Shown here: positions 40,872 to 53,512 of the stretch, one piece after another
Numbering within the stretch: position 1 is the first letter of the stretch
Layout of the letters: each line of letters opens with the position of its first letter
NCBI GenBank assembly: GCA_032718475.1
Contig: JAUCBJ010008173.1
Span: forward strand, 15,334 to 79,333
Length of the DNA stretch: 64,000 bases
Direction: 5' to 3'
DNA from: Nemertoderma westbladi
Taxonomy: Eukaryota > Animalia > Xenacoelomorpha
Made by a program: the position numbers and the translations under genes
Notes under the pieces: generated by a model
Told to the model about the DNA's origin: nothing
Seen by the model: the letters and a program-made list of their open reading frames with translations, nothing else
The model's database searches: none

Positions 40872-42149
40872 TGTGGGGCGAGCCACGAAGTTGGCGGAGC
40901 CTTAGCGAATTGACACTGTTAGGGGGTGGGTCAATTTATGCAAATAGTTGTCGTCGTCGTCGTCGTCGTTGTCGTCGTCGTTACGATTTTGACATGCTAA
41001 TAACTTTGTCGGATTTAAAGCTGCCAAGTTGAAAATTTGTAGGTATCAATATGAGCAAAAGTTGAGATTTTTGAGAGACTTTCAGACACCATCAGTGCAA
41101 TGGTCTCCCGCTAGAGGGCCACATGTCTAAACATTAAATGCCCTCCCATTTCTTTGCTTTTAATCCGTTTAAGCTGAAACTTGGCAGATATGTATTAGAC
41201 CATTAGCTGTGACTTTCAAAGGAGGCGAATCCATCTGCAGTTCTCCAGTCTGCCGCTAGAGGGCCAAAGGTCTGAAAGTGAAATCGTTGTCGTCGTTACG
41301 ATTTTGACATGCTAATAACTTTGTCGGATTTAAAGCTGCCAAGTTGAAAATTTGTAGGTATCAATATGAGCAAAAGTTGAGTTTTTTGAGAGACTTTCAG
41401 ACACCATCAGTGCAATGGTCTCCCGCTAGAGGGCCACATGTCTAAACATTAAATGCCCTCCCATATCTTTGCTTTTAATCCGTTTAAGCTGAAACTTGGC
41501 AGATATGTATTAGACCATTAGCTGTGACTTTCAAAGGAGGCGAATCCATCTGCAGTTCTCCAGTCTGCCGCTAGAGGGCCAAAGGTCTGAAAGTGAAATC
41601 GTTGTCGTCGTTACGATTTTGACATGCTAATAACTTTGTCGGATTTAAAGCTGCCAAGTTGAAAATTTGTTTTGTTGAAAATCAGTTCAACAGTCACCCG
41701 CTATAGGACTACTTTATGCCTGAAAGTGAATAGATTCTCCCGTCTCATTGATTTTAATCAGTTTAAGCTGAATCTTGCCATATATTCTGGACCACATGCT
41801 GCGTCTTTGTGGGGGGGGGGGGGGGGGAGATTTAATCGGTCTGCCGCTATACGACGAAATTTCTGAAAGTGAGATCCGTCTCTCATTTCGTTATCCGTTA
41901 TTCAAGATGAAACTTGGCCGATGTACGTATGTACTATTCATCCATAGGCTGTGTCTTTGTGGGGCTGGAGACCCTAATCCATCTTCAGTTCTCACTATAC
42001 CGCTAGAGTCAGAAATGTCTGAATAGAAATGAAAGAGGTAAAAAGTGATTAGGCGAAATCTGCTTAAAATTTGCTAATACAGTAATACTTTCGAATTAGT
42101 ACTTAAATTAAATTTAAGTCACGTGCTGCGCGAAGGCCCCACTTCGTGT
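40872..42149 (-). mobile_element. Second copy of the same element in inverted orientation, with an internal 315-bp tandem duplication
   Basis: Both ends are reverse complements of the ends of 39091-40363. The block GTCGTTACGATTTTGAC... recurs at ~40977, ~41292 and ~41607. Confidence 0.8.
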
Positions 42150-42274
42150 AGCTTAGTATCGTCAGCATAAAGTTTGATTCCAGTATGAGTTGAAATACAA
42201 TCGCAATAACAAAAAATAACAAAAACAAAATAACAAAAAGGAGTGAAGCAAGAACACCGCCCTGAGGAACTCCA

Positions 42275-42698
42275 CTACTACTAGTATCGGCATGCTGCAT
42301 TGCAGCTGCATTTTTAAGAATGCTGTGCCGGCTTGTCGACAAAATTGCGCCGCCACAACTCCTTATCACCCATGACATTTGCTAGATCATCCGCATCTTC
42401 AAGGCCAGTGTCCTTTAAGATGCGTCTCAAGAAAGTCATGGGCTGTCCACCATGCTTATTCACTCCATGAGGCTGCCAAAGTACAAGATTATGCACTGGC
42501 TGGTCCTCACGGCGAAAGCAATGTCCTGCAAAGCGGAGGCGATTTTGTTCTAGTGTCAAGCTTGGGGGAACCAATGAGACACCTGCAATGTTATATAGTG
42601 TCTGGTTGTAGATGTGTGCATTATACTTGACACAATGAACCCGGCGCAGCATTCTTGTGAATGTGCCATCCAGAGATTTGGTGTCCTCAGCAGTTAGA
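42275..42698 (-). mobile_element. 5'-truncated copy of the RTE LINE at 11040-13987
   Basis: Encodes ALTAEDTKSLDGTFTRMLRRVH...DKPAQHS, nearly identical to ORF 13452-13949, with the same 3' UTR and (TAG)n tail. Confidence 0.92.
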
Positions 42699-42699
42699 G

Positions 42700-43065
42700 C
42701 GCCTATTAATAACCAGTAGCTATAAACTATTAACATGGCTCCAAACGCCTCCATAAATATAAGCTAACTTATTTATAACATAATTTATGTCATTTTTACA
42801 TTTATTTATACAGTAACTACTGTAATTTAATTTGTGAAGTTTCTATCACTTATAATGACTATATGTACAATCATTTCGTAATATTACAATTTTGGAATAA
42901 AATTACATACATACTTGTATGTATGTATGCATGTATGTATCTAGTATTTTACTGTGTTCTGATCCTCGTGGCTTTATTTTCCCTCACTCACCAACGTTCG
43001 TTCGTGTAACAAAGCACTCGGATCATCACACTGTAAAGTGCTACTTTGCACGCAAGTATGTAAAT
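42700..43065. repeat. Dispersed repeat; inverted second copy at ~53885-54205
   Basis: TATTAATAACCAGTAGCTA...CGTTCGTTCGTGTAACAAAGCACTC...AAAGTGCTACTTT matches the reverse complement of 53885-54205. Confidence 0.8.
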
Positions 43066-43961
43066 AGTTATTACGACTTATTTATGCAGTCTGTCCAAGG
43101 CGCTTTTATTTTTATTAATTAACTCGTTCTTTTATATCAGTGCTGGGAAATAATGCGTCAATCCTTGTGAACATCATCATTAACTAATGTAATGGGACTA
43201 ATTGGACATTCAATATAAAATATATTACTGATTATAGACTGAATGGTTGACAAAGATGACTTTGTTTTGGTGTTCGCGCGCATTAATAAAGTGAGTTTCA
43301 GAAAACTCATTTCCCCCAAATACGGGAATGACTGTTGGAATGACATGTTTTTATTGCAAACAGCAGCAAGTTGTCCGTAGCATGGCAAATTTTGCTTTCA
43401 AAGGATTAGCATAGCAATTCAACAGTTACTTTAACTTATCAACGACGTGTTTTCATTGTAACATCAGTGTATTCACTACATGGCCATGGTGTAACGGGGC
43501 CCAAAAATTAACAATTGAGCTTGCCATCCGACGGATTCCGATTCAGCGCACTCGATTTAGCTTATAACCGTTGGATACCATACCAGCTATCACACAAATT
43601 TGCCTTCGCCATTACTGTTTCGGAAAAAAGGTACCAAACTGTAGGTATATATATGCCACACCATAAATTATTGACCTGTTCCATGGTGATATATATTCTA
43701 GTAAGAATGCATTACTATGACTTATTGCAATTGTTAAATACTTACGCACACCAATCTTTTAATTAATATAACATTTTTTCTTTTAGAAATTCACATTTTT
43801 ATCGCGCAAAAATGGGGACATTTTTTAAGTGCACAGTACAATGTGCACTCAAAAATGCGGATAAAAATTCGAACAAAAAAGTATTACTTTCTTTTTGTAA
43901 AATAAATAGTTATTTGGTGGGAGGAATTCCAATGGACAAATATTTTCAAAATTCTATCTTA

Positions 43962-44114
43962 AGGCCATGATACACCACAGGAGCGGCGAGCGGCAGCGGC
44001 GAGCGGCCGCGGCAAGCGGCCAATTTTTAAAAATAGAACACATTATTTTCAATGGGTGATGATACACCACAAATGGCTGCTGCCGCTCGCCGCTCCTGTG
44101 GTGTATCATGGCCT
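43962..44114. mobile_element. PIF/Harbinger (Tourist-like) MITE
   Basis: TIR AGGCCATGATACACCACAGGAGCGGCGAGCGGCAGC; TTA on both sides. Confidence 0.88.
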
Positions 44115-45409
44115 TTAGGCGAGGAAATTTGGTATGATTATAGTTCGATATTGTTTCATACCGCTGGCCTGACCTTATTATTCATTTTTGAATATCTAGA
44201 AAAATCTTCTAAAAGGGAACAGTTCCGTATGTGCCAACATTTTCGTTGTTTTTTTTCAACAAATTTTCATGCTTTTTTGTCAGTTTTTTCTCTTGATAAA
44301 TGTTCTAGAACGAATATTGAGTGTTCCAGAACTTTAAAAAAATGTTCTAGAACATTTTAATTATGAATTTTCGAGAAAATAAATTACTTACTCTTAAAAA
44401 GAAAATTATTAAAAAAATTGTTCAATTTTAAAATTGTTTATGCTATTTTGCCTGCTTTTTTTCTATTGACAAGAGATCTAGACCACTTATTAAATGTTCT
44501 AGAACATGTACCAAATGTTCTAGAACATGTACCAAATGTTCTAGAACATTTTTATTATCAATTTTCGAGAAAAAAAATATTCTAGAATATTTGTTCTTTT
44601 AAAAAGAATTATTAAAATGATTGTTTAATTAAAAAAAATCGGAATACAGAACAAATAACCATAACGATAGCATTCCAGAACATTTTTTAAAATGTTAGCT
44701 AGGGCTAGCTGTAGATACTGTATAACTATACAGTAGACTATAGACTATACGCTATAGCTATAAATATATATTACTAGCTATAAGTTTAATTATAGTTTAA
44801 TTCTTCATTAGGCGGAGTTTATATTATAGAAAAACAGTAAAAAAGACATCAAAATTTCGATTTACTTCATATATGCGCCTTTGAATTTGAACATCTCTCC
44901 TGAAATAAATTGTGAAATAAAAAATGGTTTCATATTCGGAATGTGGAGATGAAGCGCTTTCATAGTATATTCCAAAAATATAAAATAAAGCCGTTGGAGT
45001 TTATTAGTAGATAGGATTATTAGTTGGACTAAATAGTCACTTTTTGGCCTATGTGAAGAATACCAGACTTTAGGGAGGACCGTTATATTTCACTTTGCAG
45101 TTACCCCCATGTGAAGAATACCAGACTTTCTGCCGTTATATTTCTCCGACCAGGCCTGCGGCAAGAAAAGAGGGTCGAACTATCATAAATGGGGAACTGC
45201 CGGTTGTACTGGTTCAGTATGCGTACAACCCCCCACCAAATTTTTTTATACTGATTAGTTTTTGATAGCTAGTAAAATAAAATTTGAATAAATTTATTTA
45301 AATAAAATTTGGTGGTGGTACTGAACCAGTACCGATAGTGTCATTGATAATTATTTTAAACTATTACATACAGTACATACATTACATACATTACAGTACG
45401 AAGCAGCAA

Positions 45410-46995
45410 CTTATCGCCCCTGGAACCCTATCGCCCTATAATTTGCCTTTTATGTTGGGAACTTATCGCCCCCCTGTTCTGAATTTTTAGGAACTTATCG
45501 CCCCGAGTCTTCATCGCCCCCGAGTCCTTTATCGCCCCTTTCATAGGCTACATTCTCTCTACTTTCCCATACTTCCTCTAAGTCACATATTTTAGTTAAA
45601 AGTTTACTGTTATATTTATACACCATGTCCTGGAATATAGTGTCGTTATTCTGGTACATGGACCCCCCCCCCCCCCCCCCCCAAATTTTATCTACAAATC
45701 AATGAGATTGCATGAAATTTGAAACAGAGATAGTTTCACCTCCCGACCACTGACTGGGTGAGCCAGAATCTTGATTTTTGCTTTCATTCTTTAGCTACAA
45801 GCGTTTAAAAAAAGTGTCTCCGTCGATATTGCACCAGTTACACATTTATCTCATTAGCTTGGCAACAATGCAATGCCTACATGATAATACTAGTATAAGG
45901 ATATTCATACATAATCAAAATGTTCTAGAACATTGTGTATTTATTTAATAGAATAAATGGCCTGCAGTGGAAGCAAATACATGCAAATTTCGAATGCCCA
46001 TATCTCCGCTATTTCCAACCAAATTCTAATATTTTTACAAATTTGTAATCCTTGCACGGTCAGCTTTGCACTAGTACCAACAAATCGTTGAAGAATAACT
46101 GCGGTGTAACTGGTGCAATATCGACGGAGACACTTTTTTTAAACGCTTGTAGCTAAAGAATGAGAGCAAAAATAAAAATTCTGGCTCACTCCAGTAAGGT
46201 GGAGGGAGGTGAAACTATCTCTGTTTCAAATTGCATGCAATTTCATTACGATTTGTAGAAAAATTTGGGGGGGGGGGGGCGGTACCTGAATAAGAATAAC
46301 GACACTATATTCCAGGACCATTGTGTACTCAAATAGTTTCTTTTAGAGGAGGCTTGTAGAGGAGACTTTTAGAGGTACAATTAGGAATATCCATATTCAA
46401 TTCATAGACTACATAAGCAGCAGTCTAGTAATAATCTGGGCTTTGGACGCCCTAGGTTCGATCCCTGGGCGACGCAGTATTATTTGGGCACGGATTTTCA
46501 TCCTTCACTGGTCGATGAATGGGAACAATGGCAACATGGAAAACAGAGTGGAAGAGTTTAGTGTGGAAGACCCATTGGTGGTGAACAGGCATTCCGTTAG
46601 GAAACCTAAGCCTAAACGCCTCTCTCATTCAAAATTCATATTTGTCACAGAGGCGATAAGTTACCAGGGGCGACATGCTCCCAGGTGGTAATAAGGGGCC
46701 ATTTGAGGGGCGATAAGTTCCCAGGGAGCGATGATAAGGTCCAGGGGCTTTAAGTTACAAGGGGCGATAAGTTCCCAGGGGGCGATAAGGTCCAGGGGCC
46801 GTAAAGAGTCAATGGGCGATAAGTTCCCAGGGGCGATAAGGTGGGCCGTAAAGAGTCAATGGGCGATAAGTTCCCAGGGGCGATAAGGTCCAGGGGCCGT
46901 AAAGAGTCAATGGGCGATAAGTTCCCAGGGGCGATAAGGTCCAGGGGCAGTAAAGAGTCAATGGGCGATAAGTTCCCAGGGGCGATAAGGCCCTA
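45410..46995. mobile_element. Foldback element built from TTATCGCCCC / GGGGCGATAA subterminal repeats
   Basis: The motif recurs at 45411-45540 and in reverse at 46650-46990. Termini not defined. Confidence 0.55.
45621..46325. mobile_element. CAC-ended MITE with long imperfect TIRs (Transib/CMC-like)
   Basis: CACCATGTCCTGGAATATAGTGTCGTTATTCT... versus ...AGAATAACGACACTATATTCCAGGACCATTGTG; arms of ~220 bp. Related ends at ~40364 and ~51783. Confidence 0.8.
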
Positions 46996-47376
46996 CAATC
47001 TTTAGAGATGATAATATGGGGAGATTTCTAGAACTTTTTTTTATTACTGCAATTTTCTCAATAGACATTTTAGGTACCTAACAGTTCCGTATTCCGTAAA
47101 AAATTATATTTACTTGTTGTGGTAGCTAGTGTTTAAAAAACAATTTTACTAGCTACTGTATTTCGGCGCTACTACAGTATGTGTACCCATGACCGGGATT
47201 TTTTTGTAGTAGCTAGTTTTTGCTACTTTGTTTTAATGTTCTATGTCATATTTGCTATAGTTTTGTAAAAAAAAAAATGTTCTAGAACAAATATTTTTTG
47301 TTCTAGAACATTTTTTAAAACTTTTTTAATTCCTAATAATTTTTCATTAAATAAAATGCCACGGCACGAAAACCAA

Positions 47377-49263
47377 ACTAGTAGGGAGGAGTACGGAACT
47401 AGTGGGGAGGAGTACGGACCTAGTGGGGAGGAGTACGGAACTAGTGGAGACGAGTACGGATCTAGTGGGGAGGAGTACGGAACTAGTGGGGAGGAGTACG
47501 GAACTAGTGGGGGGAGTACGGAACTAGTGGAGAGGAGTACGGAACTAGTGGGGAGGAGTACGGAACTAGTGGGGAGGAGTACGGAACTAGTGGGGAGGAG
47601 TACGGATCTAGTGGGGAGGAGTACGGATCTAGTGGGGAGGAGTACGGAACTAGTTGGGAGGAGTACGGACTAGTGGGGAGGAGTACGGAACTAGTGGGGA
47701 GGAGTACGGAACTAGTGGGGAGTAGTACGGAACTAGTGGAGAAGAGTACGGAACTAGTGGGGAGGAGTACGGAACTAGTGGGGAGGAGTACGGAACTAGT
47801 GGGGAGGAGTACGGATCTAGTGGGGAGGAGTACGGATCTAGTGGGGAGGAGTACGAAACTAGTGGGGAGGAGTACGGACTAGTGGGGAGGAGTACGGAAC
47901 TAGTGGGGAGGAGTACGGACTAGTGGGGAGGAGTACGGAACTAGTGGGGAGGAGTACGGAACTAGTGGGGAGGAGTACGGATCTAGTGGGGAGGAGTATG
48001 GAACTAGTGGAGACGAGTACGGATCTAGTGGGGAGGAGTACGGAACTAGTGGAGACGAGTACGGATCTAGTGGGGAGGAGTACGGAACTAGTGGGGAGGA
48101 GTACGGAACTAGTGGGGAGGAGTACGGAACTAGTGGGGAGGAGTACGGATCTAGTGGGGAGGAGTTCGGATCTAGTGGGAAGGAGTACGGAACTAGTGGG
48201 GAGGAGTTCGGATCTAGTGGGGAGGAGTACGGAACTAGTGGGGAGAAGTACGGAACTAGTGGGGAGGAGTACGGTACAAGTGGGGAGGAGTACGGATCTA
48301 GTGGGGAGGAGTACGGGACTAGTGGGGAGGAGTACGGAACTAGTGGGGAGGAGTTCGGATCTAGTGGGGAGGAGTACGGAACTAGTGGGGAGGAGTTCGG
48401 ATCTAGTGGGGAGGAGTACGGATTTAGTGGGGAGGAGTACGGTACAAGTGGGGAGGAGTACGGAACTAGTGGGGAGGAGTTCGGATCTAGTGGGAAGGAG
48501 TACGGAACTAGTGGGGAGGAGTTCGGATCTAGTGGGGAGGAGTACGGATTTAGTGGGGAGGAGTACGGTACAAGTGGGGAGGAGTACGGATCTAGTGGGA
48601 AGGAGTACGGGACTAGTGGGGAGGAGTACGGAACTAGTGGGGAGGAGTACGGACTAGTGGGAAGGAGTACGGAACTAGTGGGGAGGAGTTCGGATCTAGT
48701 GGGGAGGAGTACGGATTTAGTGGGGAGGAGTACGGTACAAGTGGGGAGGAGTACGGATCTAGTGGGAAGGAGTACGGGACTAGTGGGGAGGAGTACGGAA
48801 CTAGTGGGGAGGAGTACAGAACTAGTGGGGAGGAGTACGGACTAGTGGGAAGGAGTACGGAACTAGTGGGGAGGAGTTCGGATCTAGTGGGGAGGAGTAC
48901 GGATTTAGTGGGGAGGAGTACGGTACAAGTGGGGAGGAGTACGGATCTAGTGGGAAGGAGTACGGAACTAGTGGGGAGGAGTACGGAACTAGTGGGGAGG
49001 AGTTCGGATCTAGTGGGGAGGAGTACGGATTTAGTGGGGAGGAGTACGGTACAAGTGGGGAGGAGTACGGATCTAGTGGGAAGGAGTACGGAACTAGTGG
49101 GGAGGAGTACGGATCTAGTGGGGAGGAGTACGGATCTAGTGGGGAGGAGTACGGAACTAGTGGGGAGGAGTACAGAACTAGTGGGGAGGAGTACGGAACT
49201 AGTGGGGAGGAGTACGGAACTAGTGGGGAGGAGTACGGAACTAGCCGGGAAAAGTACGGAACT
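47377..49263. repeat. G-rich 21-bp minisatellite, ~90 copies
   Basis: Unit ACTAGTGGGGAGGAGTACGGA with point variants and 20-bp variants. Confidence 0.97.
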
Positions 49264-50651
49264 TGTTCAGCAGCTAGCTAACTAGCACCTTAATTTTTAA
49301 CAACTTAACTTGTTCGCAGTGTAAACATGGCAGCTTTGTGCTGTTGACACGGAGTAACTTGTTAGCGCTTTTTTGTCCGGACAGTCAATTATCCGCCACA
49401 TACGGAGTCAGAAACACTGCACCTTTCGAGGGACCCGCAGTCGTAATATGGTAATCGCTAATTTAAGACCTCGCGATTTTACTAGGTCGGGGTGAAACAG
49501 TATATGTTCGCTCACTGTTCAGTTCTATATAACATCCCAACACCTACTACTGCACGCCGCGGCCGCCTGCCGCTACCTTTAGTATTAAGCCCCGCCGTGA
49601 TGCTATTGCGCACTATCACAATATCCAGTCCTGCTTAGAATATAATATTGATTAATTTTGCTTAATATCATGATATAATTCTTTTTTTGGATTTACACTA
49701 ACGTGAATAAACACGTTGGTTACTCGGGCAACTGGAGTTGCAGTCTAACATGAAATACTTTAATTCCAATTTTGTTGTGATTAATAAAATATGCCGGATA
49801 TTATTGTGGAAGTACATAAGTAGAGGAATGAAAAGGAACTTTGTCGTATCAATCGCAATTAAATTAACCGCTATTTGTGCCTAATAATAATAATTCTTCA
49901 TAACACGCACAAACACAACACAATATAAAGTAAGTAAATAATATAATGCTTAATATAAATGATTTTTTTCAATTGCAATAATACTGCAACTGCGTTGCAT
50001 CTAATCTTTTAGTGTTCTTAAAACCAAATATTATTACGATCTTTACGGATCAGTAGAAAAAATATAAATGAGTCAAAGTCAAAGGTGTAGAAATTTTGAC
50101 TGAATAGTATTCTGTTAACGAATTCTGTTAACAAAGAGAGCTTAAATAGCCTTTTCCCATTGGCTGAATAATAATACGATCAATACAAGCTCATTATTGG
50201 CCGTTGCCAGGCTACATTTTTTATACTGAATCATAATTTAAGTCGGATCAGCAAAATGCCTTTACATAAATTACCAAATGGTTTGAAATAAGTTTGAAAT
50301 AAGTTGATAACAGATGAATACGCGTGCAGCAACACAACCTGATCAGCAACCTGAGTAGCTCACCTAGTTGCTGAGAAAGTTGTCCAAAAAGTTACCACGT
50401 GTAACCCAGCCTTAAAAGGGTGGATATTTACAGAGTGGATTAGATAGTTAGTGGTACCCTTACTCTCTCAGTGTCTATATATATATGCAACTCAAACAAA
50501 GACGAGGAGCCTCGGGTTGTATGTTCAGAGTAAAATCTATAGGCCTACCGGTACTAATATAAATATATCTTTCAGATCTGTTATAATGGAATGTTACTAT
50601 AATACTTACTGCGGATAGTTAGGTAAACTTAGCTAAATAAAATCATATAAA

Positions 50652-51353
50652 ATGGATAAAAACTCCCCACCATCAACTAAAGAAATTGTTTCAAATTATT
50701 TTGTATATTTTCTTTCCGAACATGGGGTTTGTGACAAACTTCCTGAGAGGTACGAAGGATCTCAACGAATTCCACAAGGAAACCAACCACAACCACGTCC
50801 ATCTGTTGGGTTTGTATTGCTAACAATTAGAAATATGACGCAATCAAATTTCATCGACTATAGTCACGCATTCGATTCTGAAATCTATAAGGCTTTCAAT
50901 ACAATTGAGAGAAAAATTGTTAGAGAGAACGATGATATCGCGGCGTCGCTAAGTGTTATCAGAGAATCCAAATGGCTGAAGGAAACGGACTGGCACAAAA
51001 TTGTTGCTTTCATCGATTTCAGTGCGCGTCTGTCAATGGCGTTGGGTAAGAAGGGTTTAATCCAAAAGATTGACGACTTGGTAAATGAGGTCTCGGATTG
51101 TATAGACGAACGCTGTGGGGAATGGATCGAATCCAACGGTGGTTGGTATGATGGGTTCATAAGAAAAGTACAGGAATTCGAAGAAAGATACGAGTATGAG
51201 GTAGAAGCGGGGTTGTATCCCCGTGAACTTGAGGATATTACCGATATCAAAAAAAGTAGAAAGGATAAAATAAATGCAGTTGCAGCATTCATGGCAGCAG
51301 GTGCGGGGATTGGTGCGCTTCTTGTAAATGGAATAAAGAAGTTCAGGAAATAG
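50652..51353 (+). CDS. Bcl-2 family protein, single coding exon, 233 aa
   Basis: BH4-like TKEIVSNYFVYFL; BH1-like ETDWHKIVAFIDFSARL; BH2 GEWIESNGGWYDGF; C-terminal anchor AVAAFMAAGAGIGALLVNG followed by KKFRK. ATG context TAAAATGG. Confidence 0.88.
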   Translation: MDKNSPPSTKEIVSNYFVYFLSEHGVCDKLPERYEGSQRIPQGNQPQPRPSVGFVLLTIRNMTQSNFIDYSHAFDSEIYKAFNTIERKIVRENDDIAASLSVIRESKWLKETDWHKIVAFIDFSARLSMALGKKGLIQKIDDLVNEVSDCIDERCGEWIESNGGWYDGFIRKVQEFEERYEYEVEAGLYPRELEDITDIKKSRKDKINAVAAFMAAGAGIGALLVNGIKKFRK

Positions 51354-52311
51354 AGGATCAGTTGATTGATGCGAGTCGCGAATATGTATTATTATTAAAC
51401 ACAAACAATATTCATTTTAAAGAATATTTAGGGATTGATCGCTTTTCATAAGGATTCGCCTTACGTCTATAACTTATTTATAGGAAGCAACCTTTACTTA
51501 TTGAAACACTACGAAAAAAATAATATAGACTTAAGAAATATAATTCTATTAACTGAAACATTTATTTAAATTTACAGAAAAGTATTAATGAAATAATTGA
51601 TGCAATATTAATTTTACTGCAGTATTAATCTGGTATGAAAAATATTGATATTATAATAAAAAACTAATATTATTTTGTTAATAATCCAATATGCCTTTCT
51701 AAGATTTCGTAAATAGGGAAACAATCTTTGGGATGTGAATCATATCACACTAATATATATTGTACCGGTAACAACAATTGTACACCATGCCCCGGGGCCG
51801 GAATATAGTGTCGTACTGTAATTTAGTGACAAATCGACAAAATTGTCTACAAATACGAACCCCTGGTTATATGGCAGTAACAAGTGAGCCATGAAATGAA
51901 TCTGTGTTTATTGAGTGAGTAGGTGATCAAATACAAAACGGCTCCAACAAATTTCCCAATTTTTTCCAACACGGGTAGATGATTAAGGTCAGTCTCAAAT
52001 GTTCAGACTCGGAGGGTCAGGGACCAATGGGCTGCTCTGATTGGCCAATACTGAATCACGATCACACTAGACTAATCTAAAACTAAATTTTGCATTCTCG
52101 CTAAACATCCCACTCCACTACATCTCTACACTCCGGGAAGGTCGGGATCCAGTTTTGCAGGGAGTCTAGGAATGGGATGCCCTGATTAGGTAATAATAAA
52201 TCCGGGAGGGTCGAGATACAGTTTGGCAGCAGGGCCTTCTTGGAATGAGCTGCTCTTATTGGCTAATATTAAACCTCGTTAAAACTCGACTTAACTAAAA
52301 CGAAATTTATA

Positions 52312-53512
52312 AATTGATATCTCGTTAGGAACATCCCACACTGCAATTATTTATCAATTGATATATCGTTAGGAACATCCCACACTGCAATTATTTATCA
52401 ATTGATATATCGTTAGGAACATCCCACACTGCAATTATTTATCAATTGATATCTCGTTAGGAACATCCCACACTGCAATTATTTATCAATTGATATCTCG
52501 TTAGGAACATCCCACACTGCAATTATTTATCAATTGATATATCGTTAGGAACATCCCACACTGCAATTATTTATCAATTGATATCTCGTTAGGAACATCC
52601 CACACTGCAATTATTTATCAATTGATATATCGTTAGGAACATCCCACACTGCAATTATTTTTCAATTGATATCTCGTTAGGAACATCCCACACTGCAATT
52701 ATTTATCAATTGATATCTCGTTAGGAACATCCCACACTGCAATTATTTATCAATTGATATCTCGTTAGGAACATCCCACACTGCAATTATTTATCAATTG
52801 ATATCTCGTTAGGAACATCCAGGCCCTGGAACAACCCACACTGCAATTATTTATCAATTGATATCTCGTTAGGAACATCCCACACTGCAATTATTTATCA
52901 ATTGATATCTCGTTAGGAACATCCCACACTGCAATTATTTATCAATTGATATCTCGTTAGGAACATCCCACACTGCAATTATTTATCAATTGATATCTCG
53001 TTAGGAACATCCCACACTGCAATTATTTATCAATTGATATCTCGTTAGGAACATCCCACACTGCAATTATTTATCAATTGATATATCGTTAGGAACATCC
53101 CACACTGCAATTATTTATCAATTGATATCTCGTTAGGAACATCCCACACTGCAATTATTTATCAATTGATATCTCGTTAGGAACATCCCACACTGCAATT
53201 ATTTATCAATTGTTATCTCGTTAGGAACATCCCACACTGCAATTATTTATCAATTGATATCTCGTTAGGAACATCCCACACTGCAATTATTTATCAATTG
53301 ATATCTCGTTAGGAACATCCCACACTGCAATTATTTATCAATTGATATCTCGTTAGGAACATCCCACACTGCAATTATTTATCAATTGATATCTCGTTAG
53401 GAACATCCCACACTGCAATTATTTATCAATTGATATCTCGTTAGGAACATCCCACACTGCAACTATTTATCAATTTATATCTCGTTAGGAACATCCCACA
53501 CTGCAATTATTT
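52312..53512. repeat. 44-bp minisatellite, ~27 copies
   Basis: Unit AATTGATATCTCGTTAGGAACATCCCACACTGCAATTATTTATC; one interruption at ~52821. Confidence 0.97.

Noticed and set aside
47356-49285. (GRSTELV)n ORFs, and a resemblance of GTACGGA to yeast telomeric repeats
   Set aside because: 20-bp variant units break the frames. The array is interstitial and the telomere resemblance is only a few bases.
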